DNA of 42,051 bases from Candidatus Methanosuratincola thermotaenarum (GTDB taxonomy: Archaea; Thermoproteota; Methanomethylicia; Methanomethylicales; Methanomethylicaceae), in NCBI GenBank assembly GCA_038801655.1, contig JAULTB010000003.1:1-42051 (forward strand), read 5' to 3'. Positions 20,035 through 29,375 of the stretch are shown here, in pieces. Below the pieces are notes generated by a model. That model worked only from the letters and a program-made list of their open reading frames with translations, made no database searches and had not been told where the DNA came from. Position numbers and translations under genes: made by a program. Each line of letters opens with the position of its first letter. The stretch's first letter is position 1.

Positions 20035-20080
20035 TTTTGTCGGGGGGCATGCGTTGCGAACCGAAGGATCTAGGGGCAAT

Positions 20081-20659
20081 ATGCAGGAAGAGGGCATGTC
20101 CAAGGCCCAGGAGCCATTGGAAGATCAAAAGGGGAGTGAACTGGAGCGGCTTCAGGAAGAGCTGTGCATGTACAAGGAGCAGCTGGGCGCCCTCCAGCGG
20201 GAGCTGGACGAGTCCAAGAGCAGGCTCAAGTACATGCAGGCGGACTGCGAGAACATAAGGAAGCGATCAGAGAGGCAGATGGAGGAAGCAAGGCTCTTCG
20301 CCACTATGCCGCTGCTGTGCGACCTGCTCGAGGTGATAGACGAGCTCGAGCTCGCGCTGAGGAGCGCCTCCGTATCAGACCAGGATGGAGCAGTCCTGCA
20401 AGGGGTCGGGATGACCCTCAAGAAAATGAAGAAGATCCTGGAGAAGCACGGCGTCTCCCCGATCGAATGCCTCATGAAGCCGCTGGATCCGGAGAAGCAC
20501 ATGGTCGTCTCCAAGGAGGAGAGGGATGACCTGGAGGAGCACACGGTCATAGAGGAGATAAGGAAGGGCTACCTCCTCAGGGATCGGGTAATCAGGCCGA
20601 GCGTGGTGAAGGTCTCGGTGAAGCCTTCAAGGTCAACAAAACCAAAGGAGGAGAATTGA
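20081..20659 (+). CDS. grpE: Nucleotide exchange factor GrpE
   Basis: Coiled-coil N-terminus, then the GrpE C-terminal beta domain (HMVVSKE...[22 protein letters not shown]). It lies directly upstream of dnaK. The start is ATG 20081 (or 20096). Confidence 0.85.
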   Translation: MQEEGMSKAQEPLEDQKGSELERLQEELCMYKEQLGALQRELDESKSRLKYMQADCENIRKRSERQMEEARLFATMPLLCDLLEVIDELELALRSASVSDQDGAVLQGVGMTLKKMKKILEKHGVSPIECLMKPLDPEKHMVVSKEERDDLEEHTVIEEIRKGYLLRDRVIRPSVVKVSVKPSRSTKPKEEN

Positions 20660-20660
20660 T

Positions 20661-22547
20661 ATGGCATCAAACATACAGCCAGGAGAGAAAATTATAGGAA
20701 TAGACCTAGGAACAACCAACTCTGCGGCTGCCGTCTTCGAGGGCGGCAAGGCCACTGTAATACCGAGCGCAGAAGGTCCGACTGCTGCAGGGAAGATGTT
20801 CCCTTCAGTGGTCGCATTCACCAAGGACGGGCAGCTGCTCGTCGGAGAGCCTGCAAAGAGGCAGGCGGTAGCCAACCCGGAGGGGACGGTATTCGAGATA
20901 AAGAGGAAGATGGGCACCGACTATAAGGTCAATATATACGGGAAGGAATACACGCCGCAGCAGATCTCCGCCTTCATACTGCAGAAGATAAAGAAGGATG
21001 CCGAGACATACCTCGGCACAACAATAAGGAAGGCCGTAATCACAGTGCCGGCGCACTTCAACGACAACCAGCGCCAGGCGACGAAGGACGCTGGCGAGAT
21101 TGCGGGCTTCGAAGTGCTCCGGATCATAAACGAGCCCACGGCTGCCTGCTTGGCTTACGGCGTTGACAAGCTCGACAAGGAGCTCAAGATACTTGTCTTC
21201 AGCTTCGGGGGCGGCACGCACGACGTCACGATAATGGACTTCGGCAAAGGCGTATTCCAGGTGCTGTCCACGAGCGGCGACACAGAGACTGGAGGGGCTG
21301 ACATCGACAAGGCTCTCATGGATTACATCGTTGATGAGTTCAGGAAGCAGACCGGTGTCGATCTCAGGGGCGACCGGATGGCGATGGCGAGGCTGAAGGA
21401 GGCTGCAGAGAGGGCAAAGATCGAGCTCTCGACGCTCCTCACAACCGATATCGATCTCCCGTTCATCTGTGCAGACGCATCTGGTCCGAAGAACCTCCAC
21501 ATGACGATAACGAGGGCTAAGCTCGAGGAGCTTGCAGCCCCTATTGTCCAGAAGACCGAGCGCACGATCATGAGGGCGCTCGAGGACGCGAAGCTTACGC
21601 CTTCCCAGATCGACAAGATCATCCTCATCGGGGGCACGACCAGGATGCCGCTAGTCCAGCGCTTCGTCGAGAAGATACTGGGCAAGCCCGCCGAGCGGGG
21701 CGTGGACCCGATGGAGTGCGTTGCGATCGGGGCAGCGATACAGGGGGCTGTGCTCTCTGGCGAGGTGAAGGACATCCTGCTCCTTGACGTCACGCCGCTG
21801 TCGCTCGGCGTGGAGACCCTAGGCGGCGTGTTCACTAAGATAATTGAGAGGAACACCACCATCCCCACGAGGCGCAGCCAGATATTCACAACTGCTGCCG
21901 ACTTCCAGACTGCGGTCACTATCCACGTCCTCCAGGGCGAGCGGGCGATGGCGAAGGACAACGTCTCGCTTGGGATGTTCAACCTCGAGGGCATACCCCC
22001 GGCGCCGCGCGGCGTCCCCCAGATCGAGGTGACATTCGACATCGACGCGAACGGGATCCTCAACGTCACGGCAAAGGACTTGGGGACGAACAAGGCCGCC
22101 TCGATCAGGATAACCGCCTCGACCAAGCTGTCGAAGGAGGAGAAGGAGAGGATGATCAAGGAGGCGGAGCAGTTCGCCGAGCAAGACAGGAAGAAGAAGG
22201 AGGAGGCCGAGCTCAGGAACAACGCAGACAGCCTCGTCTACACGGCGGAGAAGACGAAGAAGGACCTTGCTGACAAGCTGAAGCCTGAACAGTCGGGCAG
22301 GATCGACGCCGCTGTGGCCGCCCTCAAGGAGGCGCTTGCAGGCACCGATGTAGAGAAGATAAAGGCGAAGTCAGAAGAGCTGACAAAGGTCTTGCAGGAG
22401 GTCGGCACCGCCATATACCAGCAGGCGGCAGCCGAGTACCAGAGGCAGCAGGCGCAAGCAGGGGCCCAGCAGGGAGAGCAGCCCCCTCCGGGCGGACAGC
22501 AGGCGCAGGATAAGAAAGTCTACGATGCTGACTACAAGGTTGGCTAA
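20661..22547 (+). CDS. dnaK: Hsp70 chaperone DnaK
   Basis: Unmistakable Hsp70 signatures: [16 protein letters not shown]-like [35 protein letters not shown]. Confidence 0.97.
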   Translation: MASNIQPGEKIIGIDLGTTNSAAAVFEGGKATVIPSAEGPTAAGKMFPSVVAFTKDGQLLVGEPAKRQAVANPEGTVFEIKRKMGTDYKVNIYGKEYTPQQISAFILQKIKKDAETYLGTTIRKAVITVPAHFNDNQRQATKDAGEIAGFEVLRIINEPTAACLAYGVDKLDKELKILVFSFGGGTHDVTIMDFGKGVFQVLSTSGDTETGGADIDKALMDYIVDEFRKQTGVDLRGDRMAMARLKEAAERAKIELSTLLTTDIDLPFICADASGPKNLHMTITRAKLEELAAPIVQKTERTIMRALEDAKLTPSQIDKIILIGGTTRMPLVQRFVEKILGKPAERGVDPMECVAIGAAIQGAVLSGEVKDILLLDVTPLSLGVETLGGVFTKIIERNTTIPTRRSQIFTTAADFQTAVTIHVLQGERAMAKDNVSLGMFNLEGIPPAPRGVPQIEVTFDIDANGILNVTAKDLGTNKAASIRITASTKLSKEEKERMIKEAEQFAEQDRKKKEEAELRNNADSLVYTAEKTKKDLADKLKPEQSGRIDAAVAALKEALAGTDVEKIKAKSEELTKVLQEVGTAIYQQAAAEYQRQQAQAGAQQGEQPPPGGQQAQDKKVYDADYKVG

Positions 22548-22621
22548 CCTTTCCCCGTAATTTTTTTAGGAATTTGGCAAAACGCTGAAATACCAATCCA
22601 ACAGGCTGAGGATCGGTAGAG

Positions 22622-23755
22622 ATGGCAACAAAAAGGGATTATTACGAGATTCTTGGCGTCCCCAGGGACGCGACGCCTGAGCAGATAAAGGACGCATACC
22701 GGAAGCTGGCCCTCCAGTATCATCCGGACAGGAACAAGTCCCCGGACGCCGAGGAGAAGTTCAAGGAGATCTCCGAGGCTTATGCCGTACTATCCGATCC
22801 TCAGAAGAGAAGCCAGTACGACATGCTCGGCAGAGCCGGGTTCAACCAACAGTACACCCAGGAGGACATCTTCAGGGGCGTCGATTTCGAGACCATATTC
22901 AGGGACTTTGGCTTCGGAGGGTTTGGCGACCTGTTTGAGATGATCTTCGGCGGGGGCAGGGGATATGGCGGCTTCGGGAACAGGAGAATGAGGGGCAGCG
23001 ACCTTGTCTCTGAGGTCAGGATCACCCTTGAAGAAGCCCTAAAGGGGACCGAAAAGGAGATCGAGATATCCCGAAGCGAGGCGTGCAAGCAGTGCTCAGG
23101 GTCTGGTGCTGCCCCCGGATCTTCGCCGAGTACTTGCACAAGCTGCGGCGGGACTGGCCAGGTCCAGCGCGTGCACTCGAGCGGTTTCGCAAGGTTCGTC
23201 CAGATCGCCTCCTGCCCCGCGTGCAAGGGATCCGGATCAATAATCGAAAAGCCATGCAGCGCCTGCAAAGGATCCGGCGTTGCCAAGGTCAAGAGGAGGA
23301 TCACGGTCAGGATCCCGCCCGGGGCGGAGGACGGGATGCAGCTGAGGCTGAGGGGCGAGGGAGACGCATCCCTGAACGGTGGCGTGCCTGGGGACCTCTA
23401 CGTCAACGTTACGGTGATCCCGGATCCGCGTTTCAGGAGGGAAGGCCCGGATCTCTACTACGAGCTAAAGATAGGCTTCCCTCAGGCCGCGCTGGGGGCT
23501 GAGGTGACCGTCCCGACGCTTGAGGGGCCTGTGCAGATGACCATCAACCCAGGGACGCAGCCGGGCACAATCCTCCGCCTCAAAGGCAGGGGTCTGCCCA
23601 AGCTCGACCGCTTCGGGAGGGGCAGGGGCGACCAGTTCGTCGTTGTCAATGTGACAGTCCCAGAGAGGCTCACGCCGAGGCAGAGGGACCTCCTGAAGGA
23701 GCTGGCAAAGGAATTCGAGCAGCCCCTCAAGGAGAAGAGGAGGTTCGGTTTTTAG
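22622..23755 (+). CDS. dnaJ: Hsp40 co-chaperone DnaJ
   Basis: J-domain with YHPDRN, a G/F region, and four CxxCxGxG zinc motifs. Ends at TAG 23753-23755. Confidence 0.95.
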   Translation: MATKRDYYEILGVPRDATPEQIKDAYRKLALQYHPDRNKSPDAEEKFKEISEAYAVLSDPQKRSQYDMLGRAGFNQQYTQEDIFRGVDFETIFRDFGFGGFGDLFEMIFGGGRGYGGFGNRRMRGSDLVSEVRITLEEALKGTEKEIEISRSEACKQCSGSGAAPGSSPSTCTSCGGTGQVQRVHSSGFARFVQIASCPACKGSGSIIEKPCSACKGSGVAKVKRRITVRIPPGAEDGMQLRLRGEGDASLNGGVPGDLYVNVTVIPDPRFRREGPDLYYELKIGFPQAALGAEVTVPTLEGPVQMTINPGTQPGTILRLKGRGLPKLDRFGRGRGDQFVVVNVTVPERLTPRQRDLLKELAKEFEQPLKEKRRFGF

Positions 23756-23838
23756 CCCCCGCCTTGATCAAACCGTGCCACCCGACAAGGTGCAATGCTT
23801 TAATACCACCTTGATGGAATTTATCGGGTCTGATCAGC

Positions 23839-24561
23839 ATGCCTGATAGCATACTCTACTGGAAGGGGTGCATGTCGCGCCTCAGGACGAAGAGCATCTC
23901 TGATTCGACTATGGAACTCTTCCGAAGGATGGGAGTGGAATTCAAGACCCTCGGGGAAAGCGAAGGTTGCTGCGGCTCTGTGCTGCTCAGGACTGGGCAG
24001 ATCGAGGCTGCAAAGAAGGCGGCCGAGTCAACAATAGACAGAATCTCTTCGGCCGGCTTCAAGGAGGTTGTTACCGCCTGCCCGGGCTGCTTCAGGACCA
24101 TGGCCTCAGAGTACCCGATAATTGCAGGCCAAGCCCCATTCCGGGTCCGCCACATATCCCAGTTTTTGATGGAGAGGAGATCTTCGCTCGAGGGCAGGTT
24201 CTCCAGAATCGATGCGAAGGCTTGCTACCATGATCCGTGCCACCTCGGAAGGCACATGGGCGTGTATGAGGAGCCCAGGGATCTCATCAGGATGGTGCCC
24301 GGGGTTGAGCTGGTCGAGATGAAGGACAACCGGTCTAAGGCGCTCTGCTGCGGATCAGGCGGGGGCGTCCGATCTGCATACCCTGAGCTCTCAAGGGAGG
24401 TCGCCAGGAGCGTAGCCGGCGGTCAGGTTCCTGGCGGTGTCAGGCTATTGATCACCGCATGCCCGTTTTGCAACTACAACTTCAAGGATGCCTGTTCCAA
24501 TTCAGGGCAGATCAGGGTGGTGGACCTGCCTGAACTGCTCCTTTCTGCTTGGAGGGGATGA
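23839..24561 (+). CDS. CCG-domain Fe-S protein (LutA / HdrB-like)
   Basis: Two CCG-type modules: EGCCGS ... ACPGC, and ALCCGSGGG ... ACPFC. Confidence 0.75.
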   Translation: MPDSILYWKGCMSRLRTKSISDSTMELFRRMGVEFKTLGESEGCCGSVLLRTGQIEAAKKAAESTIDRISSAGFKEVVTACPGCFRTMASEYPIIAGQAPFRVRHISQFLMERRSSLEGRFSRIDAKACYHDPCHLGRHMGVYEEPRDLIRMVPGVELVEMKDNRSKALCCGSGGGVRSAYPELSREVARSVAGGQVPGGVRLLITACPFCNYNFKDACSNSGQIRVVDLPELLLSAWRG

Positions 24562-24564
24562 TTG

Positions 24565-25857
24565 ATGGGGAGCGATGACTGGCTGGCTTTCAAGCGTGAA
24601 GAGTTCAAGAGATGGATGGAGGACGAGAGGCGGAGAACTGGGCTAAGCCGGGCGGTCGCTGCTTACACGTCCGCCAAGGCCAAAGCGCTCTCCCGCCTCC
24701 CTGAGCTCGAGGACATGCGCAGGGAAGTCCGGAAGATCAAGGAACGATCAATACAACAAATGGACGAGCTCGTGAAGATCACAATGGACTCCGTGAGGGA
24801 AGTCAAGGGCGAGGCGTACCTTGCGAGGGACGCCGAGGAGGCCAGGGAAATTATTTCGGACCTTGCCGGAAACGGGAAGCTCGTCGTCAAGTCAAAGTCT
24901 CTGACAGGGGACGAGGTCGGGATAAACGAGATCCTCGAGGAGAGGGGAAACAGGGTGTACGAGACCGACCTCGGCGAATTCATAATACAGCTGAGGAAGG
25001 AGAAGCCCACCCACATCATAAACCCATCAGTCCACGTCCCGAGGGAAGAGGTTGCGAAGACCTTCTCAGAGCTCTTGGGAAGGCCCGTTAGCTCGGAAAT
25101 ACCCGCCCTCGTGGGCATTGCGAGGGATTACCTGAGGGAGAAATTCTGCAATGCTGATGTCGGGATCACCGGGGCGAATGTGGTCTCTGCCAAGACTGGC
25201 ACGATCTTCATTGTAGAGAACGAAGGCAACGCGAGGTTCGTCAGCAATGCGCCGCCGAAGCACATATGCCTAACGGGGATAGAGAAGATTGTCCCGACCC
25301 TCTCTGACGCCTTCAAGGTGCTCCAGGTGCTGCCGCCGTATGCCACAGGCGTGCTCATGTCTGCTTATGTTTCCATGATAACGGGCCCGAGCAAGACAGC
25401 GGACATCGAGAAGACGATAGTCTACGGCGCCCACGGCCCGAAGGAGTTCCACCTGGTCCTGCTCGACAATGGCCGCAGGAGGATGGCCGAGGACGAGGCG
25501 TTCCGAGAGGCCCTCTACTGCATCCGATGCGGGGGCTGCATGTACGAGTGCCCGGTGTACCGGATCATAGGCGGGTCATTCGGGAACAACTACTTCGGGG
25601 GGATCGGGCTGATATGGAGCGCATTCACCACAGGCGAGGAAAAAGTCGCTGCCGCAGTGGACGCCTGCACCAAGTGCGGGAGGTGCAAGGAGGTCTGCCC
25701 GCTCGAGATCGACACGCCCCGCATGGTCGAAAGGCTGAAGCAAAGGCTCGTCAAGAGGGGCTTTGTGCAGCCAAAACACGCGGAGATAATGGAGAGCATA
25801 CTCAAAAAAGGGAACCCTTTCAACGAGGATGAGGGGGAGGATCGTTCTAGAGTCTGA
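24565..25857 (+). CDS. LUD-domain iron-sulfur protein (LutB-like)
   Basis: LUD/DUF162 body (VGITGANVVSAKTGTIFIVENEGN) plus CIRCGGCMYECP and CTKCGRCKEVCP. The start abuts the LutA-like stop (TGA TTG ATG). Confidence 0.8.
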   Translation: MGSDDWLAFKREEFKRWMEDERRRTGLSRAVAAYTSAKAKALSRLPELEDMRREVRKIKERSIQQMDELVKITMDSVREVKGEAYLARDAEEAREIISDLAGNGKLVVKSKSLTGDEVGINEILEERGNRVYETDLGEFIIQLRKEKPTHIINPSVHVPREEVAKTFSELLGRPVSSEIPALVGIARDYLREKFCNADVGITGANVVSAKTGTIFIVENEGNARFVSNAPPKHICLTGIEKIVPTLSDAFKVLQVLPPYATGVLMSAYVSMITGPSKTADIEKTIVYGAHGPKEFHLVLLDNGRRRMAEDEAFREALYCIRCGGCMYECPVYRIIGGSFGNNYFGGIGLIWSAFTTGEEKVAAAVDACTKCGRCKEVCPLEIDTPRMVERLKQRLVKRGFVQPKHAEIMESILKKGNPFNEDEGEDRSRV

Positions 25858-25868
25858 ACTAGACCATC

Positions 25869-26492
25869 CTAGCATTCATTCTTTTCTCTTGACACTCCTT
25901 CCTTGTCAAACTTGGGGATCTTGGGGAGCGTGCGTTCGAGCTCGGACTCAGCCCTCATCTGCGCCTCCTGCATTATCTCCTCGGACCCCTCCATGGCCAC
26001 CACGCCGCCTCGGACCGCCTCTGTGCTAGCGACATTCACCATCAGCTCGTCCATTATCTCATTCAGCCTTGAGAACGACTCTCCTGACTCCGACATTATT
26101 GTCGGGACGCTCCCGCAGACAAGGTCGAGCGAGGCCCTGGCAACCGAGATGTCCTTGGCGAAATCCCCATATTCCTTGACCGTCATGAGCCTTATTGATA
26201 TCTGCTCGAGCGCAAGGGAAGCGGCAGTCATTGCCTTGATGAGCTTCCTCACCTCGCCGATCTCGTTCGCGTATATCTTTGCCCTCCTGATGTCCCTGTT
26301 CTGGTAGTGCTGGACGACCTTCTCGAACAAGACCCTGTCATAATTCCTGATCCTTGAGAGTTTTATGTTCAGGGCGGCCTGCTGCTGCGTCAGGATCCTT
26401 ATCGCCTCTTCGATCATCGGGCGCATGGGCCCCTTGAGTTTTGTTTTAGGTTCGCCAAAGCCGCTCTTTCTTAGCAGGCCCATCTGCCTCAT
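25869..26492 (-). CDS. ESCRT-III/CdvB-like (Snf7 superfamily) coiled-coil protein, core domain only
   Basis: About 208 aa with a basic N-terminus and an acidic C-terminus. The segment LFEKVVQHYQNRDIRRAKIYANEIGEVRKLIK resembles the archaeal CdvB helix-2 region. The start is at MRQMGLL with a TATA-like box upstream. The family call is from recalled pattern, not a search. Confidence 0.4.
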   Translation of the reverse strand: MRQMGLLRKSGFGEPKTKLKGPMRPMIEEAIRILTQQQAALNIKLSRIRNYDRVLFEKVVQHYQNRDIRRAKIYANEIGEVRKLIKAMTAASLALEQISIRLMTVKEYGDFAKDISVARASLDLVCGSVPTIMSESGESFSRLNEIMDELMVNVASTEAVRGGVVAMEGSEEIMQEAQMRAESELERTLPKIPKFDKEGVSREKNEC

Positions 26493-26603
26493 CGTTGATA
26501 ATTTTTCATTCTTATAGTATAAAAGCTTCGCAGCGGCTAAGCAAGAAAGAATGCGAATAGTACATATACCCCTGAGCACAACTAATTCCAGAGGTCGACT
26601 GCG

Positions 26604-27287
26604 ATGCTGGGCTCCGGGCACATCGGTTTCTGGTTGGGGCAGAGGAGCGAAAAAGAGGCAATTTCTGCCTGCGAGAAGCACTTGGAAAAGATATTCGCGA
26701 TCGTGAACAAGTTCAAGGCATTCATAGACACTTACTTAAATGGCGACCTGGAGAAGGCGAAGGCCTTGTCCAGCGAGATCATTTCTCTTGAGAGGGAAGC
26801 CGACAAGATAAAGGAAGGGATAATCAACGATCTGATGAAGTCATCGCTCCATCCAATGGATCAGGACGAAATAATACGCCTGGTGATGACCTCTGATGAC
26901 ATTGCCGCCCACGTAAAGTCAGCAACTAGGAAGATCCAGTATGCGCACCCGAAGGACATACCTGATGAAGTGAAGTTCAGGCTCCAGGAATTGGTGGGAG
27001 TCCTGCTCGAGGAAGCGGTGAGCCTGATGGATACAATCCAATCGCTCCTGAAGAGGGACGGCGGAGTGGTCTCGAAGGCAGAGAAGACCGAGCGCCTCGA
27101 GGAGAAGATCGATGACCTCCGTGTCGACCTCATTGCGAAGATCCTCGTCTGGGGAGACTCTGCCGAGCATGTGAGCGACTGGCTCATGATAAAGGAGGTC
27201 GTGGAGAACATAGAATCGGCGTCTGACCGCATGGAGGATACCGCGGATCTCATAAGGACTATTGCAGTCCTCAGGAGCCGGGGATAA
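26604..27287 (+). CDS. DUF47/TIGR00153 (PhoU-like) phosphate-transport-associated protein
   Basis: Four-helix PhoU-like repeats: ISLEREADKIKEGI, DQDEIIRL..SDDIA, IESASDRMEDTADLI. It neighbours a PiT transporter. Confidence 0.7.
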   Translation: MLGSGHIGFWLGQRSEKEAISACEKHLEKIFAIVNKFKAFIDTYLNGDLEKAKALSSEIISLEREADKIKEGIINDLMKSSLHPMDQDEIIRLVMTSDDIAAHVKSATRKIQYAHPKDIPDEVKFRLQELVGVLLEEAVSLMDTIQSLLKRDGGVVSKAEKTERLEEKIDDLRVDLIAKILVWGDSAEHVSDWLMIKEVVENIESASDRMEDTADLIRTIAVLRSRG

Positions 27288-27515
27288 AAAACTCAAGACT
27301 TGATGCGCTGGAAATAAAAATTCAACCCAAAACCAAAAATATTTTATTTGGCTAAAATACGCGCCTAACCTAAAAAGGCGCAAATGGGTCGGCAAGCAAT
27401 CAAACAACAACCATACGAAAGCCGAGTCATTGCATCGAAGATCGATCAGATGTACCCTAATCTATGAAGTATGCGGACAAACAGATCCGGTAGAACACAA
27501 CTGTGGCTGCCTAAT

Positions 27516-27560
27516 GGAGGGTTTTTACACGGAGGGTTTTTACATGGAGGGATTTTACAC
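27516..27560. repeat. Perfectly phased 15-bp tandem repeat x3 (GGAGGGTTTTTACAC / GGAGGGTTTTTACAT / GGAGGGATTTTACAC)
   Basis: Read directly from the sequence. It lies inside a 480-bp spacer between convergent genes. Confidence 0.9.
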
Positions 27561-27766
27561 CCTTTGCTTTGGGGGAGAGCCAAAAAACTGCAGGATTGTG
27601 CCGGTCGATATGGGCAAGGCGAGAGCCAAGATGAGGGTCAAGCCAGTTGCAAATGTCGGCAGTGTGGATCTCGTCAATTGTTGGGCGATGCGCGCCCCAA
27701 TCAAGCCTTAGCTGCCGGATGTCAGTAAGATTAATTGAGGCAAATATCTTTTATTGACGGTGTCGC

Positions 27767-28777
27767 TCAAGCTACGATCATTTTTATCAGGTAGACCACC
27801 GCCCCGCTCAGCAGAATATTCGCTGGGACTGTGATCAGCCAGTAAGCGATCAGGTAAACTGAGGTGCTCCTACTCATTTTTTTCTTTGCCCCAATGCTGG
27901 CGCCCAAGATCGCCCCAACTGATGCATATGAAGTCGAGATCGGGAGCCCGTAGCCGGACAGAATGTAAGGCACGGTCGTGAAAAGGTAAACCACCATTGC
28001 ATTGGAAAGACTGGCTGCGAGCCCTGTGGGGAGATCGAGCCGTGTGACCTTGAACGCCAAGGTCCTGATCACCTTTGGACCGAATAGAATGGCGCCCAAG
28101 ATTATGCCTATTGTCCCAAAGATGGCTAGCTCGACCATGGCCACCGAATCAGGGATCTGCTCCATCTTCGAGGCGATTGTAATGTAGACCCCGGTTGCAT
28201 TCGCAACGTCGTTGGCGCCGAAAGAGTAAGCGCTGAAGCAGAGCGACCCGATCAGGAGGATCTTGAAGAATTTCTGAAGCTTGATCCCATTGTTTTTGTT
28301 CGCATAACCGTCGATCATCTTGAACAGCAAGTAGGCAAGCGCTAGGCTACAGAGGGGGGACGCGATCCAGCTGATGACTATCGTGCCTAATACGCTCAAA
28401 TTTATGCCGCTGAGGCCGAACTCCACGAGGCCATATCCGATGACCGCACAGATGATGGAGTGTGTCGTCGAAATGGCCATCCCCCTCATCGTCGCCAGAA
28501 AGATCCATATGTTCGCAGACAGTATTATCGCGAAAGCACCCACAATGTCGATCTCTGGCACGATCCCCTTGCCTATCGTCTTCATGACCATTGATCCCTG
28601 GAGGACTGCCCCTAGAAAGACAAAAATGCCAAAGAACATAAGCGCCCTCTTCAGCGTCAATACGCCTGAACCGACAGCTGCACTTGTGGGGTTTGCGGCG
28701 TCGTTCCCCCCGAGGTTCATGGACATCACAAAGGCGAGGAGAAGTCCAAGAGCCAGCAGGATCATTGAGACGTCCAT
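27767..28777 (-). CDS. Inorganic phosphate transporter, PiT (PHO4) family
   Basis: Duplicated signature GGNDAANP / GANDVANA and about 10 TM helices. The start is at MDVSMILLALG (ATG 28777), preceded by GGGTGG. Confidence 0.85.
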   Translation of the reverse strand: MDVSMILLALGLLLAFVMSMNLGGNDAANPTSAAVGSGVLTLKRALMFFGIFVFLGAVLQGSMVMKTIGKGIVPEIDIVGAFAIILSANIWIFLATMRGMAISTTHSIICAVIGYGLVEFGLSGINLSVLGTIVISWIASPLCSLALAYLLFKMIDGYANKNNGIKLQKFFKILLIGSLCFSAYSFGANDVANATGVYITIASKMEQIPDSVAMVELAIFGTIGIILGAILFGPKVIRTLAFKVTRLDLPTGLAASLSNAMVVYLFTTVPYILSGYGLPISTSYASVGAILGASIGAKKKMSRSTSVYLIAYWLITVPANILLSGAVVYLIKMIVA

Positions 28778-28960
28778 GCAACCACCCTGAACCGGATGTA
28801 CTGCTTGACGTCTAAAACTATGATCCATTAAAAAGGTTTCTTAAGGCGTTTTTCTGCCACCGATCGCATTGCAAAAAAGAAGGAAAGCTCAATGGTGGGA
28901 ACCGTATTGAGCCTTCAAGCGCCGATAGTAACTCCACGTCAGGATAAAATAAGCGATTCT

Positions 28961-29031
28961 GGAATTGAATTCAGATCTGGGTTTGGTAAAAAATTTGGCT
29001 GAATCAACTGCTGGTTCAGTAGTTCAATTCC
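28961..29031 (-). terminator. Long hairpin downstream of the HTH gene (possible terminator or RNA element)
   Basis: GGAATTGAA (28961-28969) pairs with TTCAATTCC (29023-29031), extendable to about 11 bp. An inner CTGAA/TTCAG stem is present. On the minus strand it is followed by a T-rich run. Confidence 0.3.
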
Positions 29032-29048
29032 TTGGGAAGGTCCAATTT

Positions 29049-29309
29049 TCATTCCTTTTCCTCTTGGGCAATCAATGTCTCGAAGATCTTCTTGATGATC
29101 GATTCGTCCTCAGAAAGCCTGTGGTCGCTGGCCCCGCCTTCAATTGCGATCAGATCGGGCTCGCTTATGCCTGTCCTTGAAGAAAGCTCCTCGATCGTCA
29201 TCCCCTTGCTGTACCTGAGCGTCCTGAGCATGAGCCCAGGCTGGCCGCTCTTTCTGTATACAGTGATGAAATCTTCCCAGGTAGCCTTGAAAACCATTCG
29301 ACACACCAT
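29049..29309 (-). CDS. XRE-family helix-turn-helix protein
   Basis: LRTLRYSKGMTIEELSSRTGISEPDLIAIEGG is a classic Cro/C1-type HTH. Confidence 0.7.
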   Translation of the reverse strand: MVCRMVFKATWEDFITVYRKSGQPGLMLRTLRYSKGMTIEELSSRTGISEPDLIAIEGGASDHRLSEDESIIKKIFETLIAQEEKE

Positions 29310-29375
29310 ATATCATTCCGTTGCCCTACAAAAAAGCCTTCCCCCTGCAGAATGCGCTGGATCAGCCGGCGTGGC

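Noticed and set aside
19927-20103. 59-codon N-terminal extension of the HdrD-like ORF, and the TTG 20027 start of grpE
   Set aside because: Both extensions run across the A+T-rich divergent promoter with the TATA-like repeats. Internal ATGs (19926 and 20081) give family-typical N-termini.
20805-22222. Long ORFs antisense to dnaK (20805..21500, 21323..22222). The same applies to 16834..17445, 34877..35587, 41275..41937, 1926..2423 and similar.
   Set aside because: These are shadow ORFs on the opposite strand of confidently identified genes in G+C-rich DNA. Their products are Arg/Pro/Ser/Gly-rich and low in complexity, with no motifs.
23753-23755. TAG as a possible pyrrolysine or read-through codon (also at 18817-19, 25869-71 and 37783-85)
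   Set aside because: TAG terminates several full-length, family-typical proteins here. Read-through of dnaJ would add only three codons before a TGA. No pyl genes or methylamine methyltransferases are in the window.
27516-27560. CRISPR array
   Set aside because: The three 15-bp units are directly adjacent with no spacers and are far shorter than CRISPR repeats. No cas genes are in the window.
27430-27711. ORF encoding (EGFYx)3 repeat protein
   Set aside because: It has a TTG start with no context, A/T-ending codons unlike local genes, and a position in a convergent terminator zone. It is not accepted as a CDS, but it is mentioned as an alternative in the findings.
28961-29031. Inverted repeat GGAATTGAA...TTCAATTCC as a mobile-element terminal repeat
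   Set aside because: The arms are only about 55 nt apart and enclose no ORF. The position just past the 3' end of the HTH gene fits a terminator or RNA hairpin better.
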